A stretch of 32,000 nucleotides of DNA from Sinorhizobium meliloti. GTDB lineage: Bacteria > Pseudomonadota > Alphaproteobacteria > Rhizobiales > Rhizobiaceae. The notes under the pieces are model-generated. The model did no database searches. It saw only the letters and a list, made by a program, of their open reading frames with translations, and was not told the origin of the DNA. Both the position numbers and the translations under genes were made by a program. Positions 25,793 to 32,000 of the stretch are shown piece after piece (position 1 is the stretch's first letter; each line of letters begins with the position of its first letter). Location: positions 2,400,001-2,432,000 of the forward strand of contig NZ_JAGIOS010000001.1 of assembly GCF_017876815.1 (NCBI RefSeq), written 5' to 3'.

Positions 25793-26150
25793 TGCAAGTC
25801 TCCCGGTCGTCCGCTTCTGGATCGATCGCCGATGCCGGCTGTCCAGTTCCTGTTTTTCAATTTAGACCCCGCGGGGCGGCTGACAAGCCGCCGCCGTCGC
25901 ACTATCTCGTGAGCTTGACACCAAAGCCTGAAACATTGCGTTCCAGGCGCGAATGCGGACATATGCGCCGAAGCGAGCTTGTGGTGCATACCCGACGCTA
26001 CAGCGCCGCGTCTTATCAGACGCGCAAGGCTTGCTGTAGCATTTTTAACTGCTGCATGCTTTGTCCTCGATCGGCTGTGATCAAGGGAACATGCAGCAGG
26101 CAACGGCGTCATGCTTCGGACGCAAGATCGAGACCAAACGGGACGGAACG

Positions 26151-26774
26151 ATGGCAGAAGCCAAGATTCAGCAAACGGGCGATGCGGCCGGCCTGGCGGC
26201 GCTGATCGCACGCGCTGCCGGGCAGACGGGCGGCGAGGCGAGAGGGTTGCCGCCGGTCGACCGCTGGAATCCGCCGTTCTGCGGCGACATCGACATGGAA
26301 ATCCGGGGCGATGGAACCTGGTTCTACATGGGCACGCCGATCGGCCGCCAGCCGCTGGTGAGGCTGTTCTCGACCGTGCTTCGCAAGGACGACGACGGCA
26401 AGACCTACCTCGTCACGCCTGTGGAAAAGGTCGGCATCCGGGTCGCCGACGCGCCGTTCATCGCCGTCGAGATGAGCGTGACCGAGAAGGACGGCGACAG
26501 GGTGCTGACCTTCCGCACGAATGTCGGCGACGTGGTGGAGGCGGGGCCGGAGCATCCCTTGCGCTTCGTCATCCACGGCGACAATCGCGAACTCAAACCC
26601 TATCTCCATGTGCGCGGGCGGCTGGAAGCGCTCGTCTCGCGACCGGTGATGTACGACATCGTCGAGCTCGGCGAGACCATCGCGGTGGAAGGGGTGGAGA
26701 TGTTCTGCGTCAGATCGGCCGGAGCGATCTTCCCGATCATGCCCGCGGCCGAGCTGGAAGCTTTGTCCCGATGA
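26151..26774 (+). CDS. DUF1285 domain protein
   Basis: PPVDRWNPPFCGDIDMEIRGDGTWFYMGTPIGRQPLVRLFSTVL matches my memory of the DUF1285 core. I prefer the internal ATG 26151 (MAEAKIQQ...) to the track start at 26061. Confidence 0.82.
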   Translation: MAEAKIQQTGDAAGLAALIARAAGQTGGEARGLPPVDRWNPPFCGDIDMEIRGDGTWFYMGTPIGRQPLVRLFSTVLRKDDDGKTYLVTPVEKVGIRVADAPFIAVEMSVTEKDGDRVLTFRTNVGDVVEAGPEHPLRFVIHGDNRELKPYLHVRGRLEALVSRPVMYDIVELGETIAVEGVEMFCVRSAGAIFPIMPAAELEALSR

Positions 26775-27403
26775 GCAGTCACCCATACTCCGCCGACGAA
26801 TTCCGTCGCCGCGCGCTGCAGCAGGCGGGGGGGCCGATCGAGACTTCCTGGCGCGATCACGGCGACTTCCTGCTGAACCCGGGCATCGTATCCTATCTCG
26901 AGTCCCTGCATCTGAAGGACGCCGCAGTCCTCGTCCCCGTCGTCGACGACGGCGAAGACGCCAGCGTCATCTTCACCCAGCGCACCTCGAATTTGCGCAA
27001 GCATTCCGGTCAGGTCGCCTTTCCGGGCGGTGCGGTGGATCCGGAAGACCACTCCATCGAAGTCGCAGCACTCCGCGAGGCCGAGGAGGAGATCGGGCTC
27101 GATCCGCGTTTCGTCGAGACGGTCGCGCGGCTGCCGCATTACATGGCCATGTCCGGCTTCCGCATCACGCCGGTGCTTGCGGTGGTTCAGCCCGGCTTCG
27201 TGCTCGAGCCCAATCCGGAGGAAGTGGAGAGCGTGTTCGAGGTGCCGTTGTCGTTCCTGATGAATCCGCGAAATCATGGACGAGGAAGCAGTCACTGGCA
27301 GGGCGCCGAGCGCCATTTCTATCGCATGCCCTATGGCGAAAGGAACATCTGGGGGATCACCGCGGGGATCGTCCGCATGCTCTATGAAAGGCTCTATGCA
27401 TGA
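26771..27403 (+). CDS. CoA pyrophosphatase (NUDIX, NudL-type)
   Basis: NuCoA motif FTQRTSNLRKHSGQVAFPGG followed by Nudix box ALREAEEEIGL. The real start is ATG 26771 (ATGA overlap with the DUF1285 stop). The first 220 codons of the 430-aa track ORF are a shadow frame. Confidence 0.88.
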   Translation: MSSHPYSADEFRRRALQQAGGPIETSWRDHGDFLLNPGIVSYLESLHLKDAAVLVPVVDDGEDASVIFTQRTSNLRKHSGQVAFPGGAVDPEDHSIEVAALREAEEEIGLDPRFVETVARLPHYMAMSGFRITPVLAVVQPGFVLEPNPEEVESVFEVPLSFLMNPRNHGRGSSHWQGAERHFYRMPYGERNIWGITAGIVRMLYERLYA

Positions 27404-28659
27404 CTTCCATTGTCGCCGAGCGCTGGTTTCAGGCTCCTCATCTGCGCCGCATCTTCGACCTGTTGAACGCCGATGGCGGTGAGGTTCGGGTCGTCGGAGG
27501 CGCGATCCGCAACAGCCTCATGGGTTTACCGGCCGGTGATGTCGACCTGGCAACCACCTGGCGTCCCGAGGAGGTGACCGAGCGGGCGGGGGGCGCCGGC
27601 ATCAAGGCGGTGCCGACGGGAATCGACCATGGCACCGTGACGCTCGTCATCGAAGGTGTTCCCTATGAGATAACGACCCTGCGCCGCGACGTCGCGACCG
27701 ACGGGCGTCGCGCCGAAGTGGCTTTCGGGACCGACTGGAAAGCGGATGCGGAACGCCGCGACTTCACCATCAACGCACTCTATGCCGGTGTGGACGGCGA
27801 GATCATCGACCATGTCGGGGGCCTCGGGGACATCGAGACGCGGACGGTGCGTTTCATCGGCAGCGCGGCCGAACGCGTGGCGGAGGATTATCTCCGTATT
27901 CTTCGCTTCTTCCGTTTCTTTGCGCATTACGGCAGCGGCCGTCCGGACGCCGAGGGCCTGAGGGCCTGCGCCCAGGCCCGCGCGAAGCTCGCCACGCTTT
28001 CCGCCGAACGCGTGTGGACGGAGACGAAGAAGCTGCTTTCGGCCGACGACCCGGGCCGCGCGCTCCTGTGGATGCGGCAGGCGGGTGTCCTGAGCGAGAT
28101 CCTGCCCGAGACCGAGAAATGGGGCATCGACGCCATCCCGGCGCTGATCGCGGCGGAGAAGAGTTTCTCCTGGAGGGCGGACCCGCTCCTGAGGCTTGCG
28201 GCGATCGTCCCGCCGGACGCCGCCCGGCTCGAGGCCATGACCAAACGTCTGCGGCTGTCGAAGGCGGAGAGCGCTTACCTCGACCGGTTCGCCGAAGCGC
28301 CGGAAATCGCCGCTACTCTTGCGGATGCGGCGCTCGAACGCCAGCTCTATCGCCATGGCACAGAAGGCATCGTCGTCCGGCTGAGGCTTGCACTTGCCTC
28401 GGCGCGCCGCAAGGCCGAAACCGATCCGGCATTCCTTGCCGACAGCGCGTCCTTTCATCGGCTCCTTGCACGGGCGGAGAAATGGCAGCGGCCCGTCTTC
28501 CCGTTGAACGGTGCCGATGTCCTCAAACTGGGGATTCCCGCCGGTCCTAAGGTGGGGGAGGTGCTGGCAGAGCTCGAAGCCTTCTGGGTCGAGCGCAACT
28601 TCAGCGTCGAGCGGGCGACCCTCGTCGCCCGGCTCGAGTCGATGGTGCGGTCGGGTTGA
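27400..28659 (+). CDS. cca: CCA-adding tRNA nucleotidyltransferase (class II)
   Basis: Polymerase head motif VVGGAIRNSLMGLPAGDVDLAT, DFTINALY, and RILRFFRFFAHYG. ATGA overlap with the upstream NUDIX gene. Confidence 0.9.
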   Translation: MTSIVAERWFQAPHLRRIFDLLNADGGEVRVVGGAIRNSLMGLPAGDVDLATTWRPEEVTERAGGAGIKAVPTGIDHGTVTLVIEGVPYEITTLRRDVATDGRRAEVAFGTDWKADAERRDFTINALYAGVDGEIIDHVGGLGDIETRTVRFIGSAAERVAEDYLRILRFFRFFAHYGSGRPDAEGLRACAQARAKLATLSAERVWTETKKLLSADDPGRALLWMRQAGVLSEILPETEKWGIDAIPALIAAEKSFSWRADPLLRLAAIVPPDAARLEAMTKRLRLSKAESAYLDRFAEAPEIAATLADAALERQLYRHGTEGIVVRLRLALASARRKAETDPAFLADSASFHRLLARAEKWQRPVFPLNGADVLKLGIPAGPKVGEVLAELEAFWVERNFSVERATLVARLESMVRSG

Positions 28660-28677
28660 AACCGGTTCGGGCCGCGG

Positions 28678-28863
28678 TCAGGCGACCTTGGTTTCGTCGA
28701 CGATGCGGGCCTTGATGTTGTCGACCATGTTTTCGCGGATGACCGTCTCGCCATGAGTCTCGCGCATGTGCTCGACGACCCGGCGCACGATCTCCGCATC
28801 ATTGTCAGCGCGGGTGTGCCAAGCGCAACCCGGGACGAGCGAACCGCATTCGAATAGGCGCAT
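28678..28863 (-). CDS. DUF1059 small protein (61 aa)
   Basis: MRLFECGSLVPGCAWHTRADNDAEIVRRVVEHMRETHG has the DUF1059 pattern. ATG 28863 is preceded by GGAAGGAGG; the track start at 28890 is too long. Confidence 0.8.
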   Translation of the reverse strand: MRLFECGSLVPGCAWHTRADNDAEIVRRVVEHMRETHGETVIRENMVDNIKARIVDETKVA

Positions 28864-29037
28864 GGTGTTCCTCCTTCCTACAATCGGCAAAGCCTCCCCT
28901 AGAAAAGCCTAGCATCAACCCGCGCTCTCGCCAAATTGTTCCGGCCCGGACCCCGAGCGAAGAAAATCCTGTAAACGGGCACTTTGTTGGTGCTATGCCT
29001 GTGGCAATAGAGGATCCAGCAAAGGCCGCATTCACAC

Positions 29038-29580
29038 ATGACCGCTGTTCAATCGGAACTGATTTCCGCTATCAGAAGCATTCCGGACTATCCGAAGCCC
29101 GGCGTCATGTTCCGTGACATCACGACCCTGCTCGGCAACCCGCGGGCATTCCGCCGGGCGATAGACGAGCTCGTCCATCCCTATGCCGGTACCAAGGTCG
29201 ACAAGGTCGCCGGCATCGAGGCGCGCGGCTTTATCCTGGGCGGCGCGATCGCGCACCAGCTTTCGGCCGGCTTCATACCCATTCGCAAGAAGGGAAAGTT
29301 GCCGCACGACACGGTGCGGATCGCCTACAGTCTGGAATACGGCGTGGACGAGATGGAAATGCACAGGGACGCGGTCGCTCCCGGCGACAAGGTGATCCTC
29401 GTCGACGACCTGATCGCCACCGGCGGCACCGCCGAAGGCGCCGCCAAGCTCCTGAAGCAGATGGGTGCGGACATCGTCGCAGCCTGCTTCATCATCGATC
29501 TGCCTGAGCTCGGCGGACGCAAGAAGCTCGAAGCGCTCGGCGTCAATGTGCGCACGCTCATCGAATTCGAGGGGCATTGA
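29038..29580 (+). CDS. apt: Adenine phosphoribosyltransferase
   Basis: [18 protein letters not shown] and the PRPP loop [14 protein letters not shown]. Confidence 0.96.
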   Translation: MTAVQSELISAIRSIPDYPKPGVMFRDITTLLGNPRAFRRAIDELVHPYAGTKVDKVAGIEARGFILGGAIAHQLSAGFIPIRKKGKLPHDTVRIAYSLEYGVDEMEMHRDAVAPGDKVILVDDLIATGGTAEGAAKLLKQMGADIVAACFIIDLPELGGRKKLEALGVNVRTLIEFEGH

Positions 29581-29625
29581 GCCCTCCGGTTCATAGGCTA
29601 GGACCAAACAGCTGGCCCCGGCCCT

Positions 29626-30096
29626 TCAAGCGAATTCGATGACCTTGCTCTCGAAGCGGATGACCGGCTCGCCGTGCTGGTTCTCGCCCTCGCAGAGGAT
29701 CGTGTTGATCCGCCAGCCGGGTCGCGAGGCGACGATCCGGGCCTCCAGTAGAGTGACCGCATAGGTGATCGTGTCGCCGGCATAGACCGGCTTCAACCAC
29801 CTGAGTTCCTTGAACCCGGGCGAGGGGCCGAGCTTCGGCGCGTGCAATCCCTCGGCTGCAAGGCGGCGGATCTCCTCCTTCCAGAACCGCAGGAAGCACT
29901 GCATCCAGCCGGCGCTGGTATGCCAGCCGGAGGCGCAAAGGCCGCCGAAAAGCGACTGTCTCGCCTGCTCCTCATCGACGTGGAAGGGTTGCGGGTCGAA
30001 ATCGCGGGCGAAGCGGACGATGTCCTCCGCGGTGAATGTCAGGCTGCCGGTGACGACCTTGCGCCCGGCCTGGTAGAGCTCCTCCAGCGTCATCAT
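29626..30096 (-). CDS. MaoC-like (hot-dog fold) dehydratase, 156 aa
   Basis: Hydratase-type motif FARDFDPQPFHVDEE. The real start is MMTLEEL at 30096; the upstream part of the 251-aa track ORF overlaps the neighbouring gene. Confidence 0.88.
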   Translation of the reverse strand: MMTLEELYQAGRKVVTGSLTFTAEDIVRFARDFDPQPFHVDEEQARQSLFGGLCASGWHTSAGWMQCFLRFWKEEIRRLAAEGLHAPKLGPSPGFKELRWLKPVYAGDTITYAVTLLEARIVASRPGWRINTILCEGENQHGEPVIRFESKVIEFA

Positions 30097-30548
30097 GCGC
30101 GCGCCTCCCCATTGCGGCGCCTGAACATGACGGAGCATTCCGAAACCGCCACGGCTTCGCCGCTCTGGTTCTCGATCTCGTTGCGAAACTTGACGAGGCC
30201 GATCGCGGGCTTGGTTTTCGACGGGCGCGCCTCCAGGACCAGGCTGAAGCCTGAAAGGATATCTCCGGCAAGGACCGGCTTCTTCCACTCCATGAAGTCG
30301 ATGCCCGGTGACCCTTGCGAGGATGAATTGCCGAGAAAAGCCTCGATCATCATCCGCATGCCGACCGCGCTCGTGTGCCAACCGGAAGCGGCGAGGCCGC
30401 CGAGAATGCTGCTCTTGCCGACCTCTTCGTCCAGATGCATAGGCTGCGGATCGAACTCACTGGCGAAGGCGATCATGTCGTTGGCCTGCATCAGGACCGG
30501 GCTGTAGTCGAAACGCCGGCCCTGAGTGAAATCCTCGAAATACAGCAT
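30093..30548 (-). CDS. MaoC-like (hot-dog fold) dehydratase, 151 aa (tandem paralog)
   Basis: FASEFDPQPMHLDEE motif. The stop overlaps the downstream paralog's start (ATGA at 30093-30096). Confidence 0.88.
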   Translation of the reverse strand: MLYFEDFTQGRRFDYSPVLMQANDMIAFASEFDPQPMHLDEEVGKSSILGGLAASGWHTSAVGMRMMIEAFLGNSSSQGSPGIDFMEWKKPVLAGDILSGFSLVLEARPSKTKPAIGLVKFRNEIENQSGEAVAVSECSVMFRRRNGEARA

Positions 30549-30986
30549 GCCTCATTCTCTCCTTCACGCCGCCGCGCGTCCTGACACCCTAACAAAGGCC
30601 CGCCCTTACGTGGCTTCAGCCTGGCCGATTTTCCAGGTTGCGCATGTCGATTGTTCATTGGATCACCTCACTGAAAGTCGTGCGTGGCAACTTTTCCGGC
30701 AAGGATCCGCCCATGACAGATTTGAACAAGGCCCTGGCGGCAGCCGCCGAAAAGGGACTCATATCAGCCGATCGTGTCAATGATCTTGATGCTTTTATTT
30801 CGGCGCGGGAGTGATTGCCGGATCGGCAAAGGCCGTAGCAAGGCGGCCATGACGAGACACTTTGGGCATGCCGTCCGGCGTTCGCCGCCCATGCAGATTC
30901 TGCAGCTGGATCACGATGATTTTAGGCCGGGCCGACCTGGAATCATGAACGTGATCGGTTCTGACAAGTTGAGACGCGGGACGCGG

Positions 30987-31013
30987 GAGGAAAACCGCAC
31001 ACAGGTTTTCCTC
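30987..31013 (-). terminator. Perfect 10-bp hairpin just downstream of ychF
   Basis: GAGGAAAACC (30987-30996) / GGTTTTCCTC (31004-31013) with a 7-nt loop, 8 nt from the ychF TAG. There is no clear U tract after the stem, so terminator function is not certain. Confidence 0.4.
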
Positions 31014-31020
31014 ATCCGCT

Positions 31021-32000
31021 CTACGTATTGAACCGGAAATGGATGACGTCGCCGTCCTGGACGACGTATTCCTTGCCTTCGTCGCGAGCCTTGCCGGCCT
31101 CCTTCGCGCCGTTTTCGCCGCCATAGCCGATATAGTCGTCATAGGCGATCGTGTTGGCGCGGATGAAGCCGCGTTCGAAATCCGAGTGGATGACGCCGGC
31201 GGCCTGCGGCGCCTTGGTGCCGCGCGGGATCGTCCAGGCGCGCGTCTCCTTCGGTCCAACCGTGAAATAGGTGATGAGATCGAGGAGCTTGTAGCCGGCG
31301 CGGATCAGCCGGTCGAGGCCGGCTTCCTCGAGACCGAGCGCCGCGAGGAATTCCTTCGCTTCCTCTTCCGGCAGCTGCGCCACTTCGGACTCGATCGCCG
31401 CCGAAATGACGACCGTTTCGGCGCCCTGCTCCCTGGCCATCTTCTCGACGGCGCGGGTGTGCTCGTTGCCGGTCGCGGCGTCGCTTTCGGCGACGTTGCA
31501 GACGTAGAGAACCGGGTGCGAGGTGAGCAGGTTGAGGCTCTGGAGAATGCGCAGCTCATCGGCGTCGAGCTTGGAAAGCAGGGTGCGCACGGGCTTGCCT
31601 TCCTGCAGCAGCTTCAACGATGCTTCCATGATGGGAAGCTGCGCCATCGACTCCTTGTCCTTGCCGGTCGCACGCTTGCGCGTCTGTTCGGCACGCCGTT
31701 CGAGGCTGTCGAGATCCGCGAGCATCAGCTCGGTCTCGATGGTGTCGGCGTCTTCGACCGGATGGATACGGCCTTCGACATGGGTGATGTCGTCGTCCTC
31801 GAAACAGCGCAACACGTGCACAACGGCATCCACCTCGCGGATGTTGGCGAGGAACTGGTTGCCGAGGCCCTCGCCCTTGGACGCGCCGCGCACCAGCCCG
31901 GCGATGTCTACGAAGGAGATGCGCGTCGGGATGATCTCCTTCGACTTGGCGATGTCGGCGAGCTTGCGCATGCGCGGATCGGGCACGGCGACTTCGCCGG
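31021..32000 (-). CDS. ychF: Ribosome-binding ATPase YchF, N-terminus beyond window edge
   Basis: The frame stays open to nt 32000 (...GEVAVPDPRMRKLA). Motifs FVDIAGLVRGASKGEGLGNQFLANIREVDAVVHVLRCF and the C-terminal HSDFERGFIRAN...DGDVIHFRFNT. Confidence 0.95.
   Translation of the reverse strand, partial: GEVAVPDPRMRKLADIAKSKEIIPTRISFVDIAGLVRGASKGEGLGNQFLANIREVDAVVHVLRCFEDDDITHVEGRIHPVEDADTIETELMLADLDSLERRAEQTRKRATGKDKESMAQLPIMEASLKLLQEGKPVRTLLSKLDADELRILQSLNLLTSHPVLYVCNVAESDAATGNEHTRAVEKMAREQGAETVVISAAIESEVAQLPEEEAKEFLAALGLEEAGLDRLIRAGYKLLDLITYFTVGPKETRAWTIPRGTKAPQAAGVIHSDFERGFIRANTIAYDDYIGYGGENGAKEAGKARDEGKEYVVQDGDVIHFRFNT

Noticed and set aside
26111-26770. First 220 codons of the 430-aa ORF that ends as the CoA pyrophosphatase.
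   Set aside because: This part overlaps the DUF1285 gene in another frame and is Arg/Gly-rich. The NUDIX protein starts cleanly at ATG 26771, overlapping the DUF1285 stop.
30097-30381. N-terminal 95 codons of the 251-aa ORF containing the downstream MaoC gene.
   Set aside because: It overlaps the upstream MaoC paralog out of frame. The hot-dog domain begins at MMTLEEL (30096) with an ATGA junction.

Overview
High-GC alphaproteobacterial chromosome, almost certainly Sinorhizobium/Ensifer (meliloti-like). The 14-aa Trp leader peptide [14 protein letters not shown] sits in front of a fused trpE(G), and the gene order matches what I recall for S. meliloti: heme receptor, trpL-trpE(G), CDF exporter, queF, then clpP, leuA. 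I support about 30 protein genes. On the plus strand: heme receptor (5' cut by the window), trpL/trpE(G), CDF transporter, queF, an orphan clpP, leuA, vapBC, NUDIX, GNAT, the DUF1285-CoA pyrophosphatase-cca operon, and apt. On the minus strand: ECF sigma/anti-sigma pair, metallophosphoesterase, Fic plus VbhA-like small ORF, yqjG-type GST, a four-gene MoxR/DUF58/BatA-like/vWA-like operon, DUF1059, two tandem MaoC genes, and ychF (cut by the window). I found no rRNA, tRNA, CRISPR array, IS element or integrase. Most long ORFs in the track that lie antisense to these genes are GC-driven shadow ORFs. Most worth a second look: (1) a Fic/VbhA-like pair in which the second Arg of the Fic motif and the inhibitory Ser/Glu of the antitoxin motif are both replaced, with a terminator-like hairpin between the two genes; (2) a single junction near 6657 where an APH(3')-like gene and a convergent TonB-dependent receptor are both 3'-truncated and fused, which creates the artefactual 932-aa ORF; (3) a 27% GC block at 8581-8820 in a roughly 60% GC context; (4) a Leu-run leader ORF upstream of leuA; (5) a three-fold TTGCAT(C/T)TG repeat at the CDF exporter start; (6) the poorly understood MoxR-vWA envelope operon. 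All calls come from reading the translations and sequence by eye. No database search was run.
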